Shown: positions 20,435 to 30,557 of the stretch, in pieces
Layout of the letters: each line of letters starts with the position of its first letter
How positions within the stretch are numbered: the stretch's first letter is position 1
Assembly (NCBI GenBank): GCA_944377485.1
Contig: CALWFB010000004.1
Location: forward strand, 12,582 to 76,581
DNA length: 64,000 bases
Source: an uncultured Clostridia bacterium
GTDB lineage: Bacteria > Bacillota > Clostridia > Christensenellales > UBA1242
Direction: 5' to 3'
Notes under the pieces: generated by a model
The model's input: the letters and a program-made list of their open reading frames with translations, nothing else
What the model was told of the DNA's origin: nothing
The model's database searches: none
Translations under genes and position numbers: made by a program

Positions 20435-20605
20435 AAAAAATACTGTCAACAATGAATTATGCTATATGACAGTATTTATTTTAAATTTATATTGATAAAC
20501 AAAAACTATACATATAGCAAAACTATATGTTCCACCAATAATTTAAATTTTTGTTTATATTAATCGTCATGTAGATATAATATATCAAAAAAATCAAAAA
20601 GTCAA
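20435..20605 (-). promoter_or_regulatory. tryptophan ribosomal attenuator (promoter, leader peptide, alternative hairpins, terminator)
   Basis: TTGACT-17-TATTAT promoter; ACATATAG/CTATATGT (1:2), TGCTATATG/CATATAGCA (2:3) and AAATACTGTCA/TGACAGTATTTTTT terminator (3:4). Confidence 0.75.
20523..20570 (-). CDS. Trp leader peptide MTININKNLNYWWNI
   Basis: ATG 6 nt after the -10 box; tandem TGG TGG codons just before hairpin segment 1. Confidence 0.75.
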   Translation of the reverse strand: MTININKNLNYWWNI

Positions 20606-20708
20606 TAAATTTAGTCTTTTAAATTAGAATAAAAATACAACAAACACTTTTCTGTTGACTTTTCTAATTTTAAATATTAATATAAAAACATTAACATAAG
20701 GAGAAAAA

Positions 20709-21290
20709 ATGTTGTATAAAAAATTTGAAGGGAAAAAAATTTATTTTGCACCAATAGACAACCAAAACATTGAGTTAATCACAAAATGGATGAACGATGA
20801 AACTTTAACAAGAGGAACTGGACGTGTAGCACAAGTTTTTACTGAAACTGCTCAAAAGGAATTGATGGAAGAAAATTCTAAGAAAACAGACAATTACCAA
20901 TTTTATGTGGTTAGAAAAAATGATGACAAAATTTTGGGAATATATAATTTACATCATATTAAGCAAGTACACCAATTTGCAAAAGTTGGCGGACTCATAG
21001 GTGAAATAGACGAACGAGGAAAAGGCTATGGTAGTGAAGCCCTCAGAATGTTATGTGATTTTGCTTTCAATATACTTAATTTACATACACTTGTTGCTGA
21101 CATCTATTCTTTCAATTATCCCTCTATAAAATCAGCAGAAAAAGTTGGATTTAAAAAAGTTGGTGAAATTAAAGAATGCTATTACTTTGGAGGAAAATTT
21201 TATAATCAAATCATTTTAGAAATCACAAAAGACGAATTTAATAAAAAATATAAAACCTTTGTATTACCTATACCAGATAAAATTAAATAA
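20709..21290 (+). CDS. RimJ/RimL-type GNAT acetyltransferase
   Basis: ERGKGYGSEA acetyl-CoA motif; N-x-x-S...EKVGF. Confidence 0.88.
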   Translation: MLYKKFEGKKIYFAPIDNQNIELITKWMNDETLTRGTGRVAQVFTETAQKELMEENSKKTDNYQFYVVRKNDDKILGIYNLHHIKQVHQFAKVGGLIGEIDERGKGYGSEALRMLCDFAFNILNLHTLVADIYSFNYPSIKSAEKVGFKKVGEIKECYYFGGKFYNQIILEITKDEFNKKYKTFVLPIPDKIK

Positions 21291-21292
21291 TA

Positions 21293-21320
21293 AAAAAAAT
21301 CTCGCATTTGCGAGATTTTT
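21293..21320. terminator. bidirectional terminator between the GNAT gene and tuf
   Basis: AAAAATCTCGCA-tt-TGCGAGATTTTT inverted repeat. Confidence 0.85.
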
Positions 21321-21331
21321 AATTTTTAAAA

Positions 21332-22534
21332 TTAACCAATAATGTCAGATACAACACCTGAACCTACTGTTCTACCACCTTCACGGATAGCGAATCTCAT
21401 ACCCTTTTCAATAGCGATTGGGTGGATAAGTTCGATTTCCATAGAAACGTTATCACCAGGCATAACCATTTCAACTCCATCAGGAAGTTTGATTGAACCA
21501 GTAATATCAGTAGTACGAACATAGAATTGTGGACGATATCCATTGAAGAATGCAGTGTGACGACCACCCTCTTCTTTCTTCAAAACGTAAACTTCTGCTT
21601 TGAATTTAGTATGAGGAGTGATTGTACCAGGTTTAGCAAGAACCTGACCACGTTCAATTTCAGTTCTCTGAATACCACGAAGCAATAATCCAGCATTATC
21701 TCCTGAACGAGCTTCATCAAGTGATTTTCTGAACATTTCAATACCAGTGATAACAACCTTACGAGTAGGTTTGATACCAACTAATTCAACTTCTTCATTA
21801 AGTTTTACAACACCACGTTCAACTCTACCAGTTGCAACAGTACCACGACCAGTGATTGAGAATACGTCTTCTACTGGCATCAAGAAAGGTTTATCAGTAT
21901 CACGAACTGGGTCTGGAATATAACTATCAACAGCATCCATCAAGTCCATAATGCATTGACATTCAGGAGCATCTGCATTACCAGCAGAAGCTGCTTCCAA
22001 AGCCTTTAATGCACTACCCTTGATAATAGGAGTTTTGTCGCCAGGGAATCCATAAGATGTTAACAAATCACGGATTTCCATTTCAACCAAGTCTAAGATT
22101 TCAGGGTCATCAACTTGGTCAGTCTTGTTCATGAATACTACAATGTATGGAACACCTACTTGACGAGCAAGCAAGATGTGTTCTTTTGTCTGAGGCATTG
22201 GACCATCAGTTGCAGCAACAACAAGAATAGCTCCGTCCATTTGAGCAGCACCAGTAATCATGTTTTTAACATAGTCTGCGTGTCCTGGACAGTCTACGTG
22301 TGCGTAGTGACGTTTTGCAGTTTCATACTCAACGTGTGAAGTATTAATTGTAATACCACGAGCTTTTTCTTCTGGGGTATTATCGATTTGGTCATAAGTT
22401 TTCTTTTCAGAAAGACCTTTCGCAGCCAAAACCATAGTAATAGCAGCGGTCAATGTAGTTTTACCGTGGTCAACGTGACCAATTGTACCGATATTAACGT
22501 GTGGTTTGGTTCTATCAAATTTAGCTTTTGCCAT
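21332..22534 (-). CDS. tuf: elongation factor Tu
   Basis: [17 protein letters not shown] and [11 protein letters not shown] motifs. Confidence 0.99.
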   Translation of the reverse strand: MAKAKFDRTKPHVNIGTIGHVDHGKTTLTAAITMVLAAKGLSEKKTYDQIDNTPEEKARGITINTSHVEYETAKRHYAHVDCPGHADYVKNMITGAAQMDGAILVVAATDGPMPQTKEHILLARQVGVPYIVVFMNKTDQVDDPEILDLVEMEIRDLLTSYGFPGDKTPIIKGSALKALEAASAGNADAPECQCIMDLMDAVDSYIPDPVRDTDKPFLMPVEDVFSITGRGTVATGRVERGVVKLNEEVELVGIKPTRKVVITGIEMFRKSLDEARSGDNAGLLLRGIQRTEIERGQVLAKPGTITPHTKFKAEVYVLKKEEGGRHTAFFNGYRPQFYVRTTDITGSIKLPDGVEMVMPGDNVSMEIELIHPIAIEKGMRFAIREGGRTVGSGVVSDIIG

Positions 22535-22625
22535 AATTTAATTCTCCTTTAATAATTTATACTCTAATATTTTACTTTAATTGCTTGATTAAAGTCAAGC
22601 AAATAATACACATTTTTTAATAAAT

Positions 22626-24707
22626 TTATTCAGTTAATTTTTTTCTATCACCAATAATTTTGTCTGAAACATTCTTTGGACATTCAGCATAATGACTAAA
22701 TACCATAGTATATGTTCCACGACCTTGTGTAGAACCACGAAGGTCAGTAGAATAACCAAACATCTCAGATAATGGAACTTCTGCATGAATTACTTGTGAA
22801 CCGAATTTTGCCTCTGTTCCTGACAATATTCCACGACGAGAAGTAATTCCTCCCATTACAGTACCAAGATATTCATCTGGAACATTAACTTCCACTTTCA
22901 TAATAGGTTCAAGCAATACTGGGTCTGCTTTTTTCATAGCTTCTTTGAATGCCATAGAACCAGCAATCTTAAACGCCATTTCAGATGAGTCCACATCATG
23001 ATATGAACCATCAAATACAGTCACTTTAAAGTCAATTGTTTCATATCCTGCAAGCACACCTGACTTTTTAGCTTCTTGTATACCTGCATCAATTGGTGGA
23101 ATAAATTCCTTAGGAATAGCACCACCGACAATGGCGCTCTCAAAGACATATCCTTTATCTCTTTCAAGTGGTTCCATCTTGATTTTACAATGACCATATT
23201 GTCCACGACCACCTGATTGTTTGATATATTTACCTTCTGCTTCAACTGCACGGCGAATTGTTTCTTTGTATGCAACTTGTGGTTTACCAACATTTACTTC
23301 AACACCAAATTCTCGCTTCATTCTGTCAACCAAAATGTCAAGGTGCAATTCTCCCATACCAGCGATAATTGTCTGTCCTGTTTGGTCATTGGTGTATGAT
23401 TTAAATGTAGGGTCTTCTTCCATAAGTTTAGCAATTGCAATACCCAATTTTTCTTGTGCTTGTTTGTCTTTTGGCTCAATAGCCTCTTCGATAACTGGTT
23501 TCATGAATTCCATCTCTTCAAGTTTGATTGGGTGATTTTCGTCACACAATGTGTCACCAGTACCTGTATTTTTAAGTCCTACAACCGCACAGATATCTCC
23601 TGCTAATACTTCTGGAATATCCGTTCTATTATTTGCATGCATGTGTAGTAATCTACCAATTCTCTCTTTCTTATCCTTAGTAGAATTTAATACATAACTA
23701 CCAGATTCTAATTTTCCGCTGTATACACGAATGAATGTGATACGACCAACGTATGGGTCAGTAGCAATCTTAAATGCAAGTGCAGCAAATGGTTCGCTAT
23801 CGCTATTGTTTCTTTCAACTTCTGTTCCATCTGGAAGTGTACCTTTAATAGCTGGAACATCAATAGGACTTGGCATATAATCAACAACTGCATCAAGCAA
23901 TTCTTGTATACCTTTATTCTTTGCAGCAGTTCCACAAAGTACTGGGAATATTTTAAGAGTACATGTAGCTTTTCTTAGACCCTTTTTCAATTCATCGTTT
24001 GAAATTTCTTCTCCTGAGAAGAATTTGTCTAGTAAGACATCATCTGTCTCAGCGATTGCTTCTATCATTTTTTGTCTATATTCTTGTGCCTGAGCTAGCA
24101 TATCAGTTGGAATTTCTTCTTCACGATAATCTTTTCCAAGGTCATCATAGAATACATATGCTTTCATCTTGATTAAGTCAACTATACCTTTGAAAGTCTC
24201 TGCCTCACCAATAGGAAGTTGAATAGGAACAGCATTTGCACCCAACACTTCACGAATGCTCTTAACAGCTTTTAAGAAATTAGCATCATTGATGTCCATT
24301 TTGTTTATAAAACATATACGAGGAACATTGAATTTTGATGCTTGACGCCAAACGTTTTCACTCTGAGCTTGAACACCAGCACGTGCACTAAATAGAGCAA
24401 CAGCACCGTCCAAAACTTTCAATGAACGTTCAACTTCAACTGTAAAGTCAACGTGTCCTGGGGTATCGATAATATTGATTGTACAATCTTGCCATTGACA
24501 AGTAGTACAAGCAGAAGTAATAGTAATACCACGTTCTTGCTCTTGTGCCATCCAGTCCATGGTTGCCTGACCGTCATGCACTTCACCAAGTTTATGATTG
24601 ATACCTGTATAGAAAAGTATACGTTCAGTTGTAGTTGTTTTACCAGTATCAATGTGTGCCATGATACCAATATTTCTAATTTTTTCTAATGGAACTTGTC
24701 TTGCCAT
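22626..24707 (-). CDS. fusA: elongation factor G
   Basis: [25 protein letters not shown] and [10 protein letters not shown] motifs. Confidence 0.99.
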   Translation of the reverse strand: MARQVPLEKIRNIGIMAHIDTGKTTTTERILFYTGINHKLGEVHDGQATMDWMAQEQERGITITSACTTCQWQDCTINIIDTPGHVDFTVEVERSLKVLDGAVALFSARAGVQAQSENVWRQASKFNVPRICFINKMDINDANFLKAVKSIREVLGANAVPIQLPIGEAETFKGIVDLIKMKAYVFYDDLGKDYREEEIPTDMLAQAQEYRQKMIEAIAETDDVLLDKFFSGEEISNDELKKGLRKATCTLKIFPVLCGTAAKNKGIQELLDAVVDYMPSPIDVPAIKGTLPDGTEVERNNSDSEPFAALAFKIATDPYVGRITFIRVYSGKLESGSYVLNSTKDKKERIGRLLHMHANNRTDIPEVLAGDICAVVGLKNTGTGDTLCDENHPIKLEEMEFMKPVIEEAIEPKDKQAQEKLGIAIAKLMEEDPTFKSYTNDQTGQTIIAGMGELHLDILVDRMKREFGVEVNVGKPQVAYKETIRRAVEAEGKYIKQSGGRGQYGHCKIKMEPLERDKGYVFESAIVGGAIPKEFIPPIDAGIQEAKKSGVLAGYETIDFKVTVFDGSYHDVDSSEMAFKIAGSMAFKEAMKKADPVLLEPIMKVEVNVPDEYLGTVMGGITSRRGILSGTEAKFGSQVIHAEVPLSEMFGYSTDLRGSTQGRGTYTMVFSHYAECPKNVSDKIIGDRKKLTE

Positions 24708-24725
24708 ATAATTTCCCCCTAATAA

Positions 24726-25196
24726 TTACCAGCGATAGTGTGCGAATGCCTTGTTTGCTTCCGCTTGTCTATGCATATCATCTCTCTTCTTAATTGCTCC
24801 ACCAGCTTGGTTGTAAGCATCAGCGATTTCAGCAGCTAATTTTGCGTCCATTCCACGTTCATTACGTTTTCTAGCGCACATAACTAACCAACGGATAGCA
24901 AGGGTTTGCTGTCTGTCTGCACTTACTTCAAGTGGAACTTGATAGTTAGCTCCACCAACACGTCTAGCTTTGGTTTCCAATTTTGGTTTAATATTTTCAA
25001 TAGCTGTGGTTAGTACTTGCAAAGCATCTTCATTGATTTTTTCGCTTGCAGTTTTCATAGCACTATATACAATTGATTGAGCAATGCTCTTCTTTCCATC
25101 ATACATTACTTGATTTACAATCTTAGATACTAATGTAGAATTGTACATAGGGTCTGGTAATACTTCTCTTTTCACAGCCGCATTTCTTCTTGACAT
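24726..25196 (-). CDS. rpsG: 30S ribosomal protein S7
   Basis: RRVGGANYQVP and AEANKAFAHYRW motifs. Confidence 0.99.
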   Translation of the reverse strand: MSRRNAAVKREVLPDPMYNSTLVSKIVNQVMYDGKKSIAQSIVYSAMKTASEKINEDALQVLTTAIENIKPKLETKARRVGGANYQVPLEVSADRQQTLAIRWLVMCARKRNERGMDAKLAAEIADAYNQAGGAIKKRDDMHRQAEANKAFAHYRW

Positions 25197-25403
25197 ATAT
25201 ATCTCCTTTATAAATTTTTACCAAATATGATAAATTAATAATTAATATAATTTCTTAATATTCTAAAAAAAATAGCAATTTCATAATCAATATAATTTAA
25301 TCTAACTATATTCAATTTTTAGTACTTTACATTTATATAATTATGAATAAAACAAAATAAAATTTAATCTGTCATCATCTTTTACTTAAATCTTAATTGT
25401 CGT

Positions 25404-25775
25404 CTATTTAGGACGTTTAGCGCCATATTTACTTCTGCCTTGTTTACGTTTTTGAACAGCAGCAGTATCTAGTGCGCCACGAACCACATGATATCTAACA
25501 CCTGGTAGGTCAGGAACACGTCCGCCACGAACAAGCACAACATTGTGTTCTTGAAGATTGTGACCTTCACCTGGAATATAACAAGTGGTTTCTTTGCCAT
25601 TAGATAAACGTACTCTACAAATTTTACGTAAAGCAGAGTTAGGTTTTTTAGGTGTAGTAGTTGTGACAGTCAAACAAACACCACGTTTTTGTGGGCATTC
25701 ATCTAAAAGAATAGATTGACTTTTCGCAACCTGTTTTACTCTACCTTTTCTAACTAATTGATTAACTGTAGGCAT
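25404..25775 (-). CDS. rpsL: 30S ribosomal protein S12
   Basis: [19 protein letters not shown] and DLPGVRY motifs. Confidence 0.99.
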   Translation of the reverse strand: MPTVNQLVRKGRVKQVAKSQSILLDECPQKRGVCLTVTTTTPKKPNSALRKICRVRLSNGKETTCYIPGEGHNLQEHNVVLVRGGRVPDLPGVRYHVVRGALDTAAVQKRKQGRSKYGAKRPK

Positions 25776-25856
25776 TATACCCTCCTTAAAAAATTTTGCA
25801 ACCTCTTTTGGCTAACGCCAGTATAGACAAAGCAGCAATAAGTCTATAACAAATTA

Positions 25857-25885
25857 ATTATATAAAATAGTGAACAAATTGTCAA
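25857..25885 (-). promoter_or_regulatory. sigma-A promoter of the str operon
   Basis: Perfect TTGACA-17-TATAAT. Confidence 0.85.
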
Positions 25886-26009
25886 TAGTTTTATGAATTA
25901 AATATCCACAATTTGCACAAATTTATAAACAAAAATACACATTTAAAAGTATTGAAGTTATTTATGATAATAATTAAAAATATAAACTAAATTAATTTGT
26001 ATTTTATAA

Positions 26010-26333
26010 TTATTTCATATTTTTTATTAACGTTTTAATACTTTGTTTACTTTCATTAGATAAATTTTGGTATAAATCAATAATTTCTTTTATTTCAGAA
26101 TAATCAGAAAGATTTCTAAAAAAGAATTCTTCTGGTGTTGAACCACAAATTTCAATAGCATTTAATAAGACTTCACTCGGCATTTCAAAATCACCATTAT
26201 CAAACTTGGCGATATAAGCAATTGATTTATCTAGCAATGCTGATAATTCTCTTGCCGACATTTTTGCTCTATTCCTTATATATCCTAATCTATTTATCAA
26301 AAATTTTCTTTTTTCATTGATATCTTTTCTCAT
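26010..26333 (-). CDS. XRE-family HTH regulator
   Basis: IRNRAKMSARELSALLDKSIAYIAKFDNG helix-turn-helix. Confidence 0.8.
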   Translation of the reverse strand: MRKDINEKRKFLINRLGYIRNRAKMSARELSALLDKSIAYIAKFDNGDFEMPSEVLLNAIEICGSTPEEFFFRNLSDYSEIKEIIDLYQNLSNESKQSIKTLIKNMK

Positions 26334-26477
26334 ATTAGCACCTCATAAATAAAGTGTAATTTAAACGAAAAGACTATCCGATAACTCACATTGGTAAAAA
26401 TATATTGAAATTCAATTTTTTTGTGTTATAATAATAATTGTAATTAATTTTTACCAAAGAGATTATATAGGAGAGTT

Positions 26478-27014
26478 ATGTTAAATAAAAGTTGTTCATT
26501 TATTGGTCATAGAACAATACAACACACAAAAGAATTAGAAATAAAAATTAACAATTTAATTGAATGTTTAATAATTAAATTTGGTGTGTCAAATTTTTTA
26601 TTCGGAAGCCGCAGCGAATTTAATACACTTTGTTATTCTATTGTGAGTAAATTAAAAGAAAAATATACTAATATTAAAAGGATATCATATACATGCAAAA
26701 GTGAAATATGTATTTACGAAAAAGAACGAGATTATTGGGAAAATGTTTTATTTAGAATTTCTAACAAAAAAATAAGTTTATTTGGCATGGAAGAAGAGGT
26801 CGAACACAAAACAAAATACACTGCTGGTAAAGCAAGTTATATTGAAAGAAATTTTGCAATGATTGACGATAGTGATTACTGCATTTTTTATTATGATAAC
26901 AACTATAAACCTAACGTGAATTCAAAAAAGAAATTCTGTTCTTCTAATAGTGGTACAAAAATTGCTTATGAATATGCAAAAAGAAAAAAGAAAATTATTT
27001 ATAACATATTTTAA
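26478..27014 (+). CDS. SLOG-superfamily (DUF1273/YspA-like) protein
   Basis: CSFIGHR, RNFAMIDDSD and SGTKIAYEYA motifs. Confidence 0.7.
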   Translation: MLNKSCSFIGHRTIQHTKELEIKINNLIECLIIKFGVSNFLFGSRSEFNTLCYSIVSKLKEKYTNIKRISYTCKSEICIYEKERDYWENVLFRISNKKISLFGMEEEVEHKTKYTAGKASYIERNFAMIDDSDYCIFYYDNNYKPNVNSKKKFCSSNSGTKIAYEYAKRKKKIIYNIF

Positions 27015-27072
27015 TAAAAAGAAAAAGCCAAAAATTGCTGGCTTTTTATAAAATTTTATTTATAAATATTTA

Positions 27073-27600
27073 TTATATATTATTCCCTATATTTGAAGTA
27101 TGAAATAACCAATCACTAATTTCTTCATTTATTTCCAATTGTTTAAGTGCTCGTTCTCTCATTTTTGAAAATTTAATTGGATAATATTGTATTGCTCTAT
27201 TCAATTCCTCAATGACAACCGCATGTAAAAATCTTGTATCACTGAAATAATCTTTATCCAAATCTTGATAAGGAAATTCTCTTTTAAAATAGGAATAAAA
27301 ATCACGTCCTGATTGAGTAGGTTCTATTTTAATTCTTCCTATCAAATCAAGATAAAAATATGGTTCATTTTCATTTTTTTGTACCCTGAAATGACCATCT
27401 TGAAAACTATCTATATTATAAAATGAATCTTTTTCATTATTGTACTTATCCAATATTGTCCATTTTGAATTTTCTTTCTTTTGAACTGCTACAAAATATT
27501 CATTTAAAGGTTTTATATTATAAAGTTGTTCTCTTTTTTCTCCATTTGGAAATTTTAACGTCATATTACCTATGTATCCTGAAACATATATTTTATCCAT
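27073..27600 (-). CDS. hypothetical protein, paralog of 27655-28215
   Basis: Shared FxDGxF, DLIGR...SG and FLxAVVxE blocks; own TTGACA promoter and SD. Confidence 0.7.
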   Translation of the reverse strand: MDKIYVSGYIGNMTLKFPNGEKREQLYNIKPLNEYFVAVQKKENSKWTILDKYNNEKDSFYNIDSFQDGHFRVQKNENEPYFYLDLIGRIKIEPTQSGRDFYSYFKREFPYQDLDKDYFSDTRFLHAVVIEELNRAIQYYPIKFSKMRERALKQLEINEEISDWLFHTSNIGNNI

Positions 27601-27654
27601 CGTATTTTCTCCTTAATGTTTAAATTTTATCATGCAAAATATCCATTGTCAATA

Positions 27655-28215
27655 CTAATTTATATTTCCTGTCAGTTGCACTGTACTGAAATGGCTATTG
27701 ACCATATCTTGAAGTTTTTTTGTGATTTGTTGTCTAAGCACATATTGTTTGATTGACGTATTATATTCTGCTGGATATTCTGCTACAACTCTTTTCACGT
27801 ATTCCTGCACAACCGCAAGCAAAAATCCGACATCTGTTAACCAATATGTCTTCAAATCATTGAAATCTTTTTCACCATTAATGAATTGAAAAAATGCTTT
27901 GCCAGATTCTGTCTTGTTGTCTGTTGTCCTGCCAATTAAATCACGATATTTATTAGATAAATTATCTTTATCCCTAACGACAAAAAAACCATCTTCAAAT
28001 TTTAAAATTTCACTAAATGTTTCGCTGAAATTTCCGAATTTATCTGCAATTTTCCATAAATCATTTTTTGTACTTTGAATTGCTAAAAAATCATGATATA
28101 CTTTAATATCTTTTACATTTATTTTTTTACCTGTCACAAAAGTTATCTCGTAATTGCCGGTTTCTCCAACAATCATAGGCTTTTGATTTTCTTCAAAATT
28201 TTCATTGTTATACAT
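27655..28215 (-). CDS. hypothetical protein, paralog of 27073-27600
   Basis: Same shared blocks; GGAGG SD; TTGACA-17-TATTAT promoter. Confidence 0.7.
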   Translation of the reverse strand: MYNNENFEENQKPMIVGETGNYEITFVTGKKINVKDIKVYHDFLAIQSTKNDLWKIADKFGNFSETFSEILKFEDGFFVVRDKDNLSNKYRDLIGRTTDNKTESGKAFFQFINGEKDFNDLKTYWLTDVGFLLAVVQEYVKRVVAEYPAEYNTSIKQYVLRQQITKKLQDMVNSHFSTVQLTGNIN

Positions 28216-28229
28216 AATTCCTCCATAAG

Positions 28230-28251
28230 ACGTGGTCAGATAATACCACGT
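28230..28251. promoter_or_regulatory. palindromic operator-like site over a -10 box
   Basis: ACGTGGT-N8-ACCACGT perfect inverted repeat in an AT-rich intergenic region. Confidence 0.5.
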
Positions 28252-28359
28252 TAATATATGCTTGTCAATATTAAAATATATATATTTTTGTCGAATTCTA
28301 TTGAAAAATATAAAAAATTCTGTTATAATATAATAAATAATAAATTTAAGGAGTGAGTT

Positions 28360-28572
28360 ATGAACGAAGATAAGGAAAAGAAAGCAATTTATCGAGTTCT
28401 ATACAACAAGGAAGAGCGCACTTGGCAAATAAAAAAAGATGGTGCAAAGCGTGTGATTTCATCTTTCCCTACAAAAGATGAAGCCCTAAAACGAGTGAAA
28501 GAACTCAGCGAAAGCAATGATTTGAATTACATTGTACATAAAAAAGATGGCAAATTTCAAAAGAAAAAATAA
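28360..28572 (+). CDS. DUF2188-family small protein
   Basis: WQIKKDGAKRVISSFPTKDEA...IVHKKDGKFQ. Confidence 0.85.
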   Translation: MNEDKEKKAIYRVLYNKEERTWQIKKDGAKRVISSFPTKDEALKRVKELSESNDLNYIVHKKDGKFQKKK

Positions 28573-28616
28573 AATAAAAAACTGCATATATTTTATGCAG
28601 TTTTTTCATACCTTAA

Positions 28617-29816
28617 TTATAACGAATATCCAAATGTTCCTTCATTTTCACTGTAATAAAATTGTTGATTGATTGTATCATATACACATACTGTTCCATT
28701 GCTATCTACTACTGGAATTAACATTAATTCATCCTCATCATCCCAAATATGCATATAATAAAACCTTCCATCAAATGGTCTGTTATCAAAACTTGTTCCA
28801 GTATGTAAATTAAATAAACAAATCTGTACACCAGAATATACTTGGTCCACACTCCAATCTGTGCATGTAAAGGTCTTACTTTCAGTTCCGTTTTTATAAA
28901 AGATATTATTTATAAAAGTATCTACTTGTTCAGTATTTTCCATACTAGGCACAGTGTAAGAAGAGTGCGTTTGAGTACCCCAAATTGGCCAAATGGAAGT
29001 AGGACTAACATAAAATAAACCAAATGCCGAATTGTTCTGTGCTCTTCTTGCACCAAACACCCAACCTTCTGTTTCTGTTGATAAATATTTTATCTCACAA
29101 CATGAATTTTGATTAGCATAATAATCCAACAGGATATATGGATTAGTACTACTTTCATCAGTTGTCAAATAGTCTAATCGTGTGTATGTTGCAACATCTG
29201 TGTCAGTATCTACTTCTTCCACTAAATAATAAACCGCAAATAAAGCATCTGTTGGATACACTCCTGTTTCATCTGCTGGCAAAGTGGACTGTATTGCAAG
29301 AGCAGTGAATGTCACTTCGATAGAGGTTTGTTTGAAATCATTTGTAAACTCATCTCCATTTAGTGTAAATGATAAATTAACAGAATCACTCTGTCTTGCA
29401 TTTAACAAACTAGCAGGTGCAGTATTATTTTCTAAATTTATATTATCTATTCTTTCACCATCCAGATTGTAATAATAAATAAACACATAACTATTGCTAT
29501 TAATTTCAAATTTTAATTTCAATTTTACAATAGTATAAACCGATTCATTACCAGTATTTGATATAGACAAAGAATTGAAACTAATTGTACTTCCTGGATA
29601 AACATTATTCAAATATGTAGTGGTAAAACTTGAATCTGTCATGCTTGTTGAACCAGATGTTATGTCAACTTCTAGTGTTGCAAAAGTTGGAGTATCTTCG
29701 TATCTTGCTCGTGCAGTGAACCAAGCATACACATTTGATGATACTAAAATCAGTAAAAAAAGAATCAAAATCAAACTAACTAATATTTTACTTATATTAG
29801 ATTGTTTTTGCTTCAT
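28617..29816 (-). CDS. secreted TasA/camelysin-like protein with a SipW-type signal peptide and an extra C-terminal domain
   Basis: Signal peptide ending VYAWFT; N-terminal PG...ISNTG...AIQ pattern; C-terminal beta-rich domain starting YTRLDYL. Confidence 0.65.
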   Translation of the reverse strand: MKQKQSNISKILVSLILILFLLILVSSNVYAWFTARARYEDTPTFATLEVDITSGSTSMTDSSFTTTYLNNVYPGSTISFNSLSISNTGNESVYTIVKLKLKFEINSNSYVFIYYYNLDGERIDNINLENNTAPASLLNARQSDSVNLSFTLNGDEFTNDFKQTSIEVTFTALAIQSTLPADETGVYPTDALFAVYYLVEEVDTDTDVATYTRLDYLTTDESSTNPYILLDYYANQNSCCEIKYLSTETEGWVFGARRAQNNSAFGLFYVSPTSIWPIWGTQTHSSYTVPSMENTEQVDTFINNIFYKNGTESKTFTCTDWSVDQVYSGVQICLFNLHTGTSFDNRPFDGRFYYMHIWDDEDELMLIPVVDSNGTVCVYDTINQQFYYSENEGTFGYSL

Positions 29817-30014
29817 AATTCCCCTTTATTTAATTTTATTCTACCATAATATAAAATTAATGTCAAAAAAAACAAAATAATATTAAAAATTAACTTAATT
29901 ACTATTTTTTATAATATTTATTAAAATTTTATAAAATTTAAAATTAATTAATAAAATATATTTAAATAATAAATTAAATAAAAAATAATTTAATTTTTAT
30001 ATTATTTTTTAAAT

Positions 30015-30038
30015 AAAAAAAGGACTTAAGTCCTTTTT
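30015..30038 (-). terminator. terminator at the end of the alpha operon
   Basis: AAAAAAGGACTTAAGTCCTTTTTT palindrome at the rplQ stop. Confidence 0.75.
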
Positions 30039-30546
30039 ATATCAATTCAATAATTGCCATTTCAGCATTGTCACCTTTGCGAATTCCTGTTCTAATTATT
30101 CTAGTATATCCACCCTTAGTGCCTAGTTCTTTTGCTCTTTCAGCATATTTAGGTGCATATATGTTAAATATTTTTTCTAGAAGCGGATTTTTAATATTAT
30201 CTATACGCAATAGATAATCAGCTTTTTTCTCGCCTGGTTTGCGTTCTTCTTTTACTGAATAAACTTTTGACATAATCTTTCTACGTGCAGCAAGTTTTTT
30301 AGGTCCATCGTTTAATACTTCACGAGTGACCTTTTCACCTTTCTTATTGACACTTGTCTTTTGAACAGTGATTACATCTTCATAAGAATTAATAGCAAGA
30401 GTTAAAAGTCTTTCAGTATAACTTCTAAGTGATTTTGCTCTGGCAAGAGTTGTCTCAATCTTTCCTTTCCAAAGAAGGTCAGTAGCCTGATTTCTCATCA
30501 TAGCTAATCTCTCTTCGGTAGGGCGTCCTAATTGTTTCACTTTCAT
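30037..30546 (-). CDS. rplQ: 50S ribosomal protein L17 (with insertions)
   Basis: IETTLARAK and GGYTRI...RKGDNAEMAIIEL motifs. Confidence 0.95.
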   Translation of the reverse strand: MKVKQLGRPTEERLAMMRNQATDLLWKGKIETTLARAKSLRSYTERLLTLAINSYEDVITVQKTSVNKKGEKVTREVLNDGPKKLAARRKIMSKVYSVKEERKPGEKKADYLLRIDNIKNPLLEKIFNIYAPKYAERAKELGTKGGYTRIIRTGIRKGDNAEMAIIELI

Positions 30547-30557
30547 ACTGGCACTCC

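Noticed and set aside
20525-20545. T-box riboswitch suggested by minus-strand AATTATTGGTGGAAC
   Set aside because: There is no room for stem I or a specifier loop (the promoter is about 35 nt upstream) and no matching antiterminator 3' strand; the in-frame Trp-Trp leader explains it better.
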